The position numbers were made by a program, and so were the translations under genes. Shown piece by piece: positions 29,809-40,301 of a stretch of DNA of 62,417 nt (its first letter is position 1; each line of letters opens with the position of its first letter). Location of the stretch: positions 1-62,417 of the IMG/VR virus record IMGVR_UViG_3300022871_000020; one strand, 5' to 3'. Origin of the DNA: a virus. Taxonomy: Duplodnaviria; Caudoviricetes. A model generated the notes under the pieces. The model worked only from the letters and a program-made list of their open reading frames with translations, was not told the origin of the DNA and searched no databases.

Positions 29809-30957
29809 TTATGTATAATCATAAAACCATACTAAAAAACTGTCAAATAACTCATCAACTTCATCTGTATTATCAATCTCATTTAACATGTACGTTTCGA
29901 AACATTTAGTTGCTTCATATCCTTTCACTTCAATCAGGTAGTGAAGAAACATAGGTTGCCAAAGCACTTTTAACATCTTCTTACTGACTTTAATTTGATA
30001 GGGTTTTAATGAAGGGTCAACAGTAATAACAGTTCGTCCACTAAATTCTAAAGTTTTACCTAATACACTATTGCGAATTAACCCTGGTTTACCTGACAAA
30101 CTAGTATAAACATACTCATAAATCTGATTAACAAATGACTGATAGTGTGCAGTTTTTGCATCATACTCAGTTAACTGTGTTGGAAATATTTCTTGATCGA
30201 TTAAATTATCTTCAAAACTAATCTTAATTTGTTCTAACCAATCTTGTTCGTCCGTTTTAATATATTGAAGAATTGGAGCATTAATCATTTTAGCATTTAA
30301 TATAGATGTGTATGCTTTATTAATTGGAGGAGTCATAACTTGATCTTTATCGGGATCAAACGAATACATTCTTAAATCTGGAGGAAGTACGGACACAATA
30401 TCAGTAATCCAACCATCGTCAAAAAAGTTAATTGCTTTATCTACTTTTAAATATTCAGCAGCAAATTTCAAACAAATGTAAAGACTATAAATTCCAACAA
30501 CACGAAAAGGAATAATACTATAATTATTCATTCGACTAAGGGTATTTACAATCTTCATAGCTGACGCATCATCTTTAACTGCAAGATATCTTTTAGTATC
30601 TAAATTAACATCTAGTCGGATAGGATTAACAATGTTGTTAGATAGTTTACCAAGATATTTAATGATGTTTTTTTGTTTAGTTGGTTTAATGAATGGAAAC
30701 TCCGTCCTTATCTTTCCAAATTGAGTAGACCTGATACTTGCATCTGTACACATAACTCCACATTTTTCGCATATCTCATCAGTATGAATGACACCAGTTA
30801 ATTCTCCACATATGCATCGATAATTTTGTTTAGGACCAAAAATCTGTTCACTAAACAAACCATTTGGATTTTCTTTTCTTGTTTTGATTGCTCCTATGAA
30901 ATCTCTGTTATGAGTAACAAATCCACCTAGACTTGGATAATCAATAGCATTAGTCAT
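29809..30957 (-). CDS. rpoC: RNA polymerase beta' N-terminal piece (clamp/Zn to dock)
   Basis: GLFSEQIFGP..YRCICG..CEKCGV, VLPPDLR, LSGKPGLIRNSVLGKTLEFSGRTVI. Confidence 0.92.
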   Translation of the reverse strand: MTNAIDYPSLGGFVTHNRDFIGAIKTRKENPNGLFSEQIFGPKQNYRCICGELTGVIHTDEICEKCGVMCTDASIRSTQFGKIRTEFPFIKPTKQKNIIKYLGKLSNNIVNPIRLDVNLDTKRYLAVKDDASAMKIVNTLSRMNNYSIIPFRVVGIYSLYICLKFAAEYLKVDKAINFFDDGWITDIVSVLPPDLRMYSFDPDKDQVMTPPINKAYTSILNAKMINAPILQYIKTDEQDWLEQIKISFEDNLIDQEIFPTQLTEYDAKTAHYQSFVNQIYEYVYTSLSGKPGLIRNSVLGKTLEFSGRTVITVDPSLKPYQIKVSKKMLKVLWQPMFLHYLIEVKGYEATKCFETYMLNEIDNTDEVDELFDSFLVWFYDYT

Positions 30958-30967
30958 AAAAACCTTT

Positions 30968-31405
30968 TTAATCTTCTTGAAGTATTTTCATAATTTCTAA
31001 TTTACCCAGATTACTCTTTGTTACTGCTAATTCATTAGCATTCAGTTCTGTTACTTTTTGATAATTCAATTTCCTATGTTGAACTCCACTACATTTAGCT
31101 TCGTGACTTTCATTAAATTCAGCTTTCATTTTCATTGGAAGATTCTTCATTAACAATTCATCAAATTTTATTTTATTTAAAAATGATGGAGAAAATTTAA
31201 ATTTGAAACGTATTATATTTCGAGCTATTCTTGTTGAAAATGTTTGAAACGCTATAAACTTTCCAAATTCTCGAATACTACATGCCCCACTCTGTAGTGT
31301 TTTGTCAACTATTTTACTAATCAATTGATGAAGAAATAACTCCATGTCTATATCAGGATACAACATCTGCAATTCATTTTCAATATCTTCAGTTAATTTA
31401 AACAT
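30968..31405 (-). CDS. HU/IHF-like DNA-binding protein (divergent)
   Basis: CSIREFGKF...FKFKFSPSFLNKI. Confidence 0.55.
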   Translation of the reverse strand: MFKLTEDIENELQMLYPDIDMELFLHQLISKIVDKTLQSGACSIREFGKFIAFQTFSTRIARNIIRFKFKFSPSFLNKIKFDELLMKNLPMKMKAEFNESHEAKCSGVQHRKLNYQKVTELNANELAVTKSNLGKLEIMKILQED

Positions 31406-31498
31406 ATAACATTTTCTCCTTTTTAAGTAATTGTATTACTGTCACAATCAATATGAGTGACAGTAATACATTAATATAATAATATAATAATACAACAC

Positions 31499-32095
31499 TT
31501 AGAACAACATAGCAATAACCATATCCTGTCTAATTTTAAAATTATGCTTTAACGGCATAATACATGCAAATCCATTTTTTACATACTTCACATCGATCGC
31601 AGCAGCATATTCTGAGTAAACTTTAATTACTGAATACTTATCACTGTCTATACTTTCATCACAATCTACTGGAATAAAATAAAATCTATTTTGTAACAAC
31701 GCCAATTGTTTATTTGCAGCAACAATTTTATCAGAGCAATTTGTTGTTGCAGAAACACAGTCCACAGGTGTCGCAGACTTAGGAAAATTAACTTTAATAG
31801 CTATATTTGTAGGTTGAACGAATTCAGTTGCAACAGCAATTTCTTCTTGAATAGGCAAGGTTTCTTCCATAATAACTTCTTCTTGTGTAATTTCATTTAC
31901 TGGTTGACTACCAATTACTTCTTGATTTGATAGTGTGTCTTCGACAATAACTTCTTCAGGTACATCAATTGGTTGGATAACATCTTGATGATGTACTTCA
32001 TCTATTACTTGATTGTAGGTCGTTTCAACAGGTGGAATATATACTCCAGGCTGTTCTTGATCTCCCCAACCATTAGGTTCTTCAATATTCGTCAT
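31499..32095 (-). CDS. hypothetical protein; acidic N-terminus, possible degenerate dUTPase-like C-terminus
   Basis: C-terminal NFKIRQDMVIAML; no catalytic motifs. Confidence 0.45.
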   Translation of the reverse strand: MTNIEEPNGWGDQEQPGVYIPPVETTYNQVIDEVHHQDVIQPIDVPEEVIVEDTLSNQEVIGSQPVNEITQEEVIMEETLPIQEEIAVATEFVQPTNIAIKVNFPKSATPVDCVSATTNCSDKIVAANKQLALLQNRFYFIPVDCDESIDSDKYSVIKVYSEYAAAIDVKYVKNGFACIMPLKHNFKIRQDMVIAMLF

Positions 32096-32566
32096 AATTG
32101 TCTCCTCAATCTAGTTTGTAATAAATCAAACTTGTTAAATGTTAATCGGCATTACAAGATAATTCTTTTTGAAAACGATTAATTTGATTCGCAGTTTTAC
32201 TAATTTGATTCGTGTAAAACATTTCTGTCCAGGCGTTATCAAAAACGGTACGACCTTTACATTGATTAAGTCTAAACAACTCATCGGTTTTTTTAGGATC
32301 TATACCTATACATTCAATATTCTTTTCTGTTTTTTTACATTTTTTAACCCAATATCTTGCTTGATCGCTATTGATGAATATAATTCTATCTCCGTCATTT
32401 AAACTATCTATAAGTTGACTTGTTCTTCCTGTTTGCCTAGCTGCACTAAAATAAACTTCACAAAACGCCCTTAATTGCTGAACCGATCTCAAATGCTTCA
32501 ATATTCGTCATGATTATCTCCCCAATCTAGTTTGTAATAAATCAAACTTATTAAATGTTAATCGGC
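32080..32566. repeat. 71-bp direct repeat (32080-32150 and 32496-32566) flanking one gene
   Basis: Copies differ at 4 positions; each contains the upstream gene's 3' end, RBS and ATG ACG AAT ATT GAA G. Confidence 0.9.
32142..32511 (-). CDS. inserted small P-loop-like protein, apparent 1-nt frameshift near the N-terminus
   Basis: ARQTGRT motif; RBS+ATG at 32511 is one nt out of frame with the body (370 nt). Confidence 0.55.
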
Positions 32567-32921
32567 CACAAGCAATACAATGTTTACACCCGCCAATTAA
32601 ATTGTGTTTATTCTTTTTAGTTGGTGTACTATTAATTGCTTTTTTAAATGATTCAGGATACAATAACGATTCGTTATCATTCAAAATATGGGCAAATTCA
32701 AAATTAAAACTTGGACAAGAACAATAGATTTTCAAATTGTTATCTATTTTTAATGTCTCTCCGATGAATTGAAATTCAACTGTATAGTTTCCACAATTGT
32801 ATTTAATTAAAAAATTAGTAATATGATTACTCGAACTATTAATCGTCGGGTAAATATTATAACTATCTTTTAGTCTATTTCTATACATTGTTGGAGGTGT
32901 AATCAAATCTTTGAGTTTCAA
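32514..32921 (-). CDS. SWIM zinc-finger protein
   Basis: YCSCPSF...CKH; probable TTG start at 32921. Confidence 0.75.
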   Translation of the reverse strand: MKLKDLITPPTMYRNRLKDSYNIYPTINSSSNHITNFLIKYNCGNYTVEFQFIGETLKIDNNLKIYCSCPSFNFEFAHILNDNESLLYPESFKKAINSTPTKKNKHNLIGGCKHCIACGRLTFNKFDLLQTRLGR

Positions 32922-32979
32922 AATAAATTCCCCCTTATACATTAATAATTTATATATAAAATGTGATAATATTAAAAAA

Positions 32980-33219
32980 TCACTCACACAAGTATAACGA
33001 GCCATCTGGTTTAAAATGTGGAGAAAAAATAAATTTAGATGATCGTCCCCAACCAGTAAAATATTGAACCCCGTCAATACATTCAATATTATAATTTACA
33101 GTGTCGTATTGTATTATTTTTGGTTTTTTGTCTATTTCTGTTTTGATTATAAAAATTGTTGATATTACACCAATACTAATTAATATTAATATTAATATTA
33201 ATATTTGTGTCTTTGACAT
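32980..33219 (-). CDS. small membrane-anchored protein
   Basis: N-terminal hydrophobic helix; ECIDGVQY...PHFKPDG.LYLC. Confidence 0.65.
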   Translation of the reverse strand: MSKTQILILILILISIGVISTIFIIKTEIDKKPKIIQYDTVNYNIECIDGVQYFTGWGRSSKFIFSPHFKPDGSLYLCE

Positions 33220-33464
33220 ATCTCTCCTTTTAAAAATAAAAACATAAAATCTCCCCTACCACATATTGTGATAGGGGAGAAAACTTTTTAGTTGTGACCC
33301 TTTAGCAGGTCACAACTATTTCTATTGAACTTAACAAAACAACCACCTCCAAAAATTTTTTAAAGATTAACTATTTAATAACTCTATTTCTAATATTTAT
33401 AATATTTATATATCAAAAATGAGAATAACATATTAATCTTTAACATTTTTAGAAGGTGTAATTA

Positions 33465-34148
33465 TTATTTACCAACATAAGAAAGTTTCTTTTGACTTAA
33501 CTTATGTGGTTTTTGGGGGATATTGATCTGGGAATCAACATACCGTGCTAAAATGTCTAGCACATATTTTGTCTCATTTCCCCCAATGTAACGCTTCAAT
33601 GCTTTTCGGATAGAATGAGTTTTATCATAGTATTCACGCAGAATACTACACCCAACTTCGATGTTGGGGCCAATTTTAAACATATCTTCTCGATTGAATC
33701 CTAAACGTTCAATCAATAAAATATGAACGTTAGTATTAATCTGCATCAGTCCATCCCCATGATTGGTTGGACTAATAGCAGTTGGAATACAACTGCTCTC
33801 TATGTAGATAAGAGAGCATATTAACTCCGGTGGGAAACCTTTCAATTTCGCCTGTTTGATAACCTTCGTTGCTATTTCATCCGCAACATGGTCACTTAGA
33901 CGAGGTTGAAGATGTTTGAGGAACTTGAACACCCTATTGTGTTTAAGTTCCTCTTCACTGATCATTTGATCAACATTATTGATCATTTGATCAATGATGT
34001 TGATTGTTTGGTCATCAACATGAATTGATGCTTCTACTTCTACAGCACCAATTGAATCCTTGAAATTTTTTAAACTCCAATTATTGATATAAAAAAATCC
34101 ACCGATAACCAATACAATACTCAAAATAACACTCAGTTTGATTTTCAT
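33465..34148 (-). CDS. SLT lytic transglycosylase with N-terminal TM (possible SAR endolysin)
   Basis: IYIESS, GLMQIN, NIEVG..IL, ALKRY..G..YV. Confidence 0.85.
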   Translation of the reverse strand: MKIKLSVILSIVLVIGGFFYINNWSLKNFKDSIGAVEVEASIHVDDQTINIIDQMINNVDQMISEEELKHNRVFKFLKHLQPRLSDHVADEIATKVIKQAKLKGFPPELICSLIYIESSCIPTAISPTNHGDGLMQINTNVHILLIERLGFNREDMFKIGPNIEVGCSILREYYDKTHSIRKALKRYIGGNETKYVLDILARYVDSQINIPQKPHKLSQKKLSYVGK

Positions 34149-34707
34149 TTCTTCCTTTTGTTGAAATCCTTACGTAAATCAATTAGGATTTCTTTTTTAA
34201 TCTCATCTTTGAATTGAATCAAAATAGTTTCGATTCGTTCTTCAAGGACAAGATTAGATGGTTTATTTAAGATTACTTTATTAATCAATCGAGTAATCTT
34301 ATGAGTGACATCTTTCAGGTTGAAAGTCATCATATTATCTCCTAAGTGTAGTATTTATATATAAAATCAGTAAAAATAAAATAATTATCGACTACATATT
34401 AATATAATATGTAGTCGATAATGTCCCTATTTATCTGTTCATTCTTCTTGATTTCCGTGCATTTTTATTCTTTTTTCTATTAACTATTTTCTTTTTTGCT
34501 TGACAAATTATAGTCTGTTTAAGTGCAGCATCCTCACCAAACTTTGTCTTTACTTGACTGAGTTTAGCAAGAGTATCTGCATCAATTCCCATTTCTTTTA
34601 ATTGTGCTTTAATTTCTTCTGGTTGTTTTTCTTGCATATAGTTTTCCTTTTAATCTGCAATATGATTCCCAAACTTTCAACTTCTGAAATCTGCCGAGGC
34701 CAAAAAT

Positions 34708-35340
34708 TTAAAAAGTATCTTCAAATGTTCTAAATAACTCATCGTTTTTAATCCAATAAATATCATTGACTTCATTAACATGATCAACACTACCAACATA
34801 ACACATAGGATTAAAAGACATAGTAAATAACGACATATCAAATTTAATTAAATAAGTAGGATTGGTCTTTAAAAACTGTTTAATATCAATATAAATATCA
34901 AATTCCATACGATCATAAATTAAACGATCATTGATATTACTTTTATGATGTTTTCTAAATTCTGTGTTGAAGTTTGAATAGATAGTGTTAGTGTAATTGT
35001 TGTTAGGATTTTCTATATTTAATTCAATACCCTTTGGGACCATCACTTTAATCTTCGGTACACAATTAAATTTTTTAAGATATTCATTAACTGAAGCACA
35101 AGTCGATAAATTAATATCTTGACTAGCAAGGACATCTAATTTACCAAATCTATTTCGTCTAATAAAATTATATTGATTTGGACTACTAATTATAATACTA
35201 TGCCCAAGATCAATTTCATTAATCAATTCGGGATAAAACTCTTTTTCAATAATATAATACATATCTTTAAACCGTCGATATTGTCTGTAAGTTTTATTAA
35301 TATCTACGTTGTTCTCATAATCATATCCTGTATTAAACAA
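34708..35340 (-). CDS. hypothetical protein
   Basis: 210-aa ORF. Confidence 0.55.
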   Translation of the reverse strand: MFNTGYDYENNVDINKTYRQYRRFKDMYYIIEKEFYPELINEIDLGHSIIISSPNQYNFIRRNRFGKLDVLASQDINLSTCASVNEYLKKFNCVPKIKVMVPKGIELNIENPNNNYTNTIYSNFNTEFRKHHKSNINDRLIYDRMEFDIYIDIKQFLKTNPTYLIKFDMSLFTMSFNPMCYVGSVDHVNEVNDIYWIKNDELFRTFEDTF

Positions 35341-35349
35341 TGTATTTTA

Positions 35350-36159
35350 TCACTCCTCTTTAGAAGTTAATCTACAATACGCATTGTGTTGATGAATACT
35401 TTCTTCATTATTTACTTGAATATCAAAATTTTCAATATTATTTAATTTTTCAAATTTATAAGCTAACTCTCTCCCCATATCTTCAACAAACTTAGGATTA
35501 TTATATGCCTCCATAGTAACATGTTTTTCATCAGGTCTCTTTAATATACTATAAACCTGACAACTATAACAACTTTCAATAATATCGACAATATCTTCAA
35601 TCCATAAATACTCTTTTTTAAATTTAACTTCACATTTAACTAATACTTTAGATCGTTGATTATGTGCTCCCTGTTTTTCACTAATCTCCTTTGAACACGG
35701 ACACAAACTAGTACCAGTACTTTCAACACTAATACAAAACTCAACAGAGTCTTTAGTGTTAGTTAAATCAAATACGACATTATAATGAATCAATCCATCT
35801 AATTTACTAACTGGAGATTTCTTATTAATGAAGTAGGGGAAACTATATACAATTTGGCATCGTGTTGCTTCAGATGATATTCGTATATCTTCAGCTATTT
35901 TACAAATTACAGCAGAATTTAAAGGAGCTTCAATATAAGATTGTAAACCAATAGGTAAACGACTCATATTAATACCTTTATTATCACTATTCAAATCAAC
36001 AAAAATATCAATATCTGAAATTGTATGTTGAAATTTATTATCTTTTTGAATAATAAATATTGGTAATTTAAAATTTGTAATTCCTACTCTTTTAATTGGT
36101 ATATTGAACTGTGACTTTGAATTCTGCATATCTGGTAGACCTTGTTTAATATCTTTCAA
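35350..36159 (-). CDS. folE2: GTP cyclohydrolase IB (FolE2/MptA)
   Basis: PDMQ, RVGI, KGINMSR, SLCPCSKEIS..GAHNQRS, LKRPDEK, NPKFVED, EESIHQHNA. Confidence 0.95.
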   Translation of the reverse strand: MKDIKQGLPDMQNSKSQFNIPIKRVGITNFKLPIFIIQKDNKFQHTISDIDIFVDLNSDNKGINMSRLPIGLQSYIEAPLNSAVICKIAEDIRISSEATRCQIVYSFPYFINKKSPVSKLDGLIHYNVVFDLTNTKDSVEFCISVESTGTSLCPCSKEISEKQGAHNQRSKVLVKCEVKFKKEYLWIEDIVDIIESCYSCQVYSILKRPDEKHVTMEAYNNPKFVEDMGRELAYKFEKLNNIENFDIQVNNEESIHQHNAYCRLTSKEE

Positions 36160-36377
36160 GTATTTGTTTCTCCTATTATTATTTGTTTTTCCAAATTATG
36201 TTCTTTAACAAAATGTCGATTCGTCTATTTATGTCTTTTATATCAGATCAAGACAAACCCCACATTTGACACAATGTCTAATTTTCCCCATCCCACATTC
36301 TCTCATGCGCCATTCTCCTGGAATATGAGAACATTGTGGAACTTCAAAATAATACCATTTAATCCATTTTACAAAAC

Positions 36378-37211
36378 TCATTTTCTAGTCCCCACTCCGT
36401 CTCCATAACAATATTCAAGACAGTATTTAAATGCTTTACTTTGCCATCCAGCAAAATGATAAACATATTGTGTGTCTTCCTTTGTAACATCAGTTATCCA
36501 AACATAAAATTCACCATTTTCTAATTGTTGAATGGCAATAACAGGTCTTTCTTTTTCCCACTTTTCTCCAGTTTTATTAATCAACACTTCCGTACAATTA
36601 AATCCTTCAAAAGTATTTAATGCTTTGAATGCTGAAGTCGGATAGATTGTTGCTGCAATTAATAACTTCATTTTTTGAGAAAACAAAACGTTATTATACT
36701 TTGCTACTTCAGGAACTTGATTGAATGTGATTCTCAGATTTCCAAAATCTTGATTGTACGAAACTTTAACTGCATCTACTTTAATTGGATTTGCCTCGGC
36801 AGATTCTGGTTCTCCTTCATATTCAAATGTAAATATATCAACTATATTATATTTCTTCTTGGAAAAATATGTTTGAATTGCAGGATTAGATTGTGGATTA
36901 TTTACTAACTGATTTGAAAAATCGGGCTTTTTTATTTGTTCAATAATCTGTGGTTCACCTCTAATAACTTCACTATCATTAACAGGTTCGGGAGGAACAA
37001 TACTACTAAAGTCTTGTTGTATTTGATCGATGTTGTTTTCTAAGTCTTGAAGAAAATCTGGAGCAATAATTATATTCTGATCGAATTCGTCCATAGGATC
37101 TCCTGTAGGGGTTGGTTCAGAGCCAGGTAATATAGTGTTGTTCATATTTCTAACAGGACCAGTTCCCGTTTGGATGAAATTAAACGCGGGAGTATCAGGC
37201 TTCAAAGGCAT
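36378..37211 (-). CDS. hypothetical protein with disordered N-terminus
   Basis: 277-aa ORF immediately downstream of polB-N. Confidence 0.65.
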   Translation of the reverse strand: MPLKPDTPAFNFIQTGTGPVRNMNNTILPGSEPTPTGDPMDEFDQNIIIAPDFLQDLENNIDQIQQDFSSIVPPEPVNDSEVIRGEPQIIEQIKKPDFSNQLVNNPQSNPAIQTYFSKKKYNIVDIFTFEYEGEPESAEANPIKVDAVKVSYNQDFGNLRITFNQVPEVAKYNNVLFSQKMKLLIAATIYPTSAFKALNTFEGFNCTEVLINKTGEKWEKERPVIAIQQLENGEFYVWITDVTKEDTQYVYHFAGWQSKAFKYCLEYCYGDGVGTRK

Positions 37212-37220
37212 ATTGTCCTC

Positions 37221-39767
37221 CTACATCAGTTCCTTTTCTAAATTGTTTAAGTATAACTCTCCACAAGCTTGTGAGATTTTCAAACATAATCTCCCTGATA
37301 ATGTTGTAGACATTGCTAATTGTCGATTTGAAAATAAGAAACTTGCCATGCCTGTCAAACCATAACTTGAATTAGCATTAATTTTCATAGATAACTGTCT
37401 ACGATCAAAGAACTGATATTCATTTGATCCGTGAGGAAAAGTATCTCTTTTAGTTTTATACTCACTTCTTAAAGCAAGACGTTCAGTTAAGAAATGGTTT
37501 AATATTCCTTTATGTTTTTCATGTGTTGCAAAAATTGCTCCAGATAAATTAAAACTCAATTGTTTATCAACCAAATATTTTCCAAAATTTACTGAATCAA
37601 CTTTTTTAACACAACAATTATAATCATTTTCATTTTCAACAATAAGTACCCATGGATTTGTTGTTTCATCAAAATTCAATATATAATTATATGCAAATGT
37701 ATGATACTCTGGAACTTTCATTATCTCTGTCAATATATCTAATAATGGGAGTAAATAACTTTTTAATAACAAATATTCATGTTGAGTTGTTGGTGTAAGT
37801 AATTGCTTAATTGGTACTTTAGCATTAAGAATATCTTTTAATAATTTCATAAAGATAATATAAATATACTGTTTATGATTGTTTTTGTTTTGTGGATCAA
37901 GACGTTCAACAGATTTTTTAATTTCGTTAAATATCATTGTTTTTAGTTGTGGAATAATATCTTGATTGTGCTCGATTGCATTACTAACTGTGTTAATAAA
38001 TTTATATGCAACAGGATCAATCACTCGACCAAAATATGAATCGAATGATATGTTCGACTGACGCATCATTGAGGGATACAAGGCAGTATTATGAACTCCA
38101 ATTCCAGAACCAGCAAAGAAACGTTCAGTTTCTTCTACTGTTAAGTCATAGACTTTACCTGTATAATCTATAACTTCTATTGATTTAATTTTTTCTAATA
38201 TAATTTGATTGTTTATCTTAGATCTAACAACAATATAATTGCCAATTTTTAATTCTCCAGCGTTGACCAATTTAATATCATTGATATTATTAGTCAACGA
38301 ACTGAATATACTATGATTGTCAGTTACCGTCACAGCTTCATAACAGTTAGTTAGTAATTTAATTAATTTACCATTCCAATCATGTTCAGTTTTTCCTTTA
38401 ACTCTTTTCCAACACACCTCATTATTTTTATTCCAAGTTAAAGTTTCATCATTTTCTTCCCATTCATAATCACCAACATTTAAAGAATATTTAATATTAT
38501 TTTTACGAATAAATATCTTTTCTTCTGGAGGTAAACTTGCATCCATATCGACTAATATACCATCATTAATAGTAAGAGTCTTGCCGAGTCCTTCTTTGAC
38601 ATAAGCTCCAACAAATCTGCTCATTATTTTACGATATGTCTTCTGGTCTATACTAGTGATATTCCATTTAACGGATTTCTCTTTAGGGCGTTCAATCATG
38701 TCTATTTCTTCTTGACCAATTGAATGTGCCTGTTCCTGTAATAAACCAAACCTCATTCCAAGTGATTTCTTTTTCAATTCATAATTAAACATCGTTGAAA
38801 AGAATGAAGACGACCCAATTAAACTTGCTGTGAATGAAGTCTTCATATCCCGTCTCAATAAGTTATGTAACTCAATATGTTTGAGTTTATCATTTAATTG
38901 CACACAAACAGATACATCTGCAATATTATATTTAAAAAATTCTACTGGTTCTCTTGTATAGAATTGATCGAACGATAGATCTTGATGTTCAATCTTCTTT
39001 ATTCCAAGTTCTTCCTCAGCAATAAAATTAAGGGAGTACTTAGATAAAGACTTGCCGTAATTCAACCCGTTCTCCGAGCGAGGAATATATAATTGTCGAA
39101 TGTCCGCCACAGGATATTCAGCAATTTCAATGTTATTATTAAAACCAAATGATCGAGCTTTAACCACACCAAATTTACTAAGAGTATTAGCAACTTTATC
39201 AATATCATCATTATATAAATATTTCAATCTATAATATATGTACGGTAGATCAAAATTATTAAAATTAAATCCAGACAACACAGTAGGGTCAATTTGATGA
39301 ATCAATCTCCATATATCTTCAAGCATCTTTAATTCTTCATCAACATAAAAAAAGACACGAAGTTTATCGCTCGCTTTCAAATATTTTTCAGCAACTAATT
39401 CTTCTTTGAATTGTTTTTCATATTTACCAGGGTCATTAGTATCGACTAATGAATAATTCTGTGTCATCATAAGCAAACTAAACAAATAATATGTTTGTGA
39501 GTGACTGTCATAAACACAAACTGAATTAATAATTCCTGTCGCTTGCTTGTTACGTAATTTATCAAGTTCGCATTTAAACACCTCGAGATCAATAAACACA
39601 ACTTTTAATTCTTGATCAACATCCAAATTATCGCGTTCACCATAACGAGTATAATGATCGATTGAATAATGATGATCGCTATTTATTTCAGCATTATAGA
39701 ATTGATAATAATTTAATTCACCCTGTTCTAATTTATCAATAACATCGGGTAACTCTAGTTCTACCAT
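37221..39767 (-). CDS. family B DNA polymerase, N-terminal piece (exonuclease + motifs A and B), with intein
   Basis: FIDLEV, SGFNFNNFDLPY, YNIADV, DMDA/TALYPS, RQLSMKINANSSYG; no motif C. Confidence 0.92.
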   Translation of the reverse strand: MVELELPDVIDKLEQGELNYYQFYNAEINSDHHYSIDHYTRYGERDNLDVDQELKVVFIDLEVFKCELDKLRNKQATGIINSVCVYDSHSQTYYLFSLLMMTQNYSLVDTNDPGKYEKQFKEELVAEKYLKASDKLRVFFYVDEELKMLEDIWRLIHQIDPTVLSGFNFNNFDLPYIYYRLKYLYNDDIDKVANTLSKFGVVKARSFGFNNNIEIAEYPVADIRQLYIPRSENGLNYGKSLSKYSLNFIAEEELGIKKIEHQDLSFDQFYTREPVEFFKYNIADVSVCVQLNDKLKHIELHNLLRRDMKTSFTASLIGSSSFFSTMFNYELKKKSLGMRFGLLQEQAHSIGQEEIDMIERPKEKSVKWNITSIDQKTYRKIMSRFVGAYVKEGLGKTLTINDGILVDMDASLPPEEKIFIRKNNIKYSLNVGDYEWEENDETLTWNKNNEVCWKRVKGKTEHDWNGKLIKLLTNCYEAVTVTDNHSIFSSLTNNINDIKLVNAGELKIGNYIVVRSKINNQIILEKIKSIEVIDYTGKVYDLTVEETERFFAGSGIGVHNTALYPSMMRQSNISFDSYFGRVIDPVAYKFINTVSNAIEHNQDIIPQLKTMIFNEIKKSVERLDPQNKNNHKQYIYIIFMKLLKDILNAKVPIKQLLTPTTQHEYLLLKSYLLPLLDILTEIMKVPEYHTFAYNYILNFDETTNPWVLIVENENDYNCCVKKVDSVNFGKYLVDKQLSFNLSGAIFATHEKHKGILNHFLTERLALRSEYKTKRDTFPHGSNEYQFFDRRQLSMKINANSSYGLTGMASFLFSNRQLAMSTTLSGRLCLKISQACGELYLNNLEKELM
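38088..38537 (-). other. mini-intein (150 aa) in PolB motif A
   Basis: SLPPEE...VTVTDNHS...VYDLTVE...GVHN/T. Confidence 0.9.
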
Positions 39768-39879
39768 TTTTTAAATGAACCCTTTGATTAATGTTAAATG
39801 TTAAAATAAATAGGCATCGCCAACAATACATGTGTTCAATATAATGTATTGTGACAATGCCTTTAATAATCTTTAATCG

Positions 39880-40257
39880 CTATTCATCTTCAACAAGTTC
39901 ATCTTCATCTTCATCGTCGTTATCATTATCAGATACTTCGTCGTTAATATACTTCTTAAATAATTTAGATGGTTTAAATCGAAGAGTCTTTTTCTCAGCT
40001 ACTTCAATAGACTCACCTGTGCTGGGATTTCTACCAGTGAAAGCTTTTTGAATTGCAGGAATAAAACTACCGAACTTTCTAATCTGAACTTCTTTTTCGT
40101 TCTTTACACTATCTTTAATAATTGACAGTACACATTCAATAGCTCTTGTTGATTCTGATTTAGTGAAATTACCTTTTTCGCAAACTAGTTCAATTAGATC
40201 TAGTTTGCCTATAATTTTATTATCAATTTTTTCAATAACAGTACTCTCTTCAGTCAT
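39880..40257 (-). CDS. hup: HU-family DNA-binding protein with acidic tail
   Basis: VQIRKFGSF...GRNPSTGESIEV....LRFKPSK. Confidence 0.9.
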   Translation of the reverse strand: MTEESTVIEKIDNKIIGKLDLIELVCEKGNFTKSESTRAIECVLSIIKDSVKNEKEVQIRKFGSFIPAIQKAFTGRNPSTGESIEVAEKKTLRFKPSKLFKKYINDEVSDNDNDDEDEDELVEDE

Positions 40258-40301
40258 TTTTTGGTTTCCTTTTTTTTAAGACTATTTATAAAATTGTTAA
40301 G

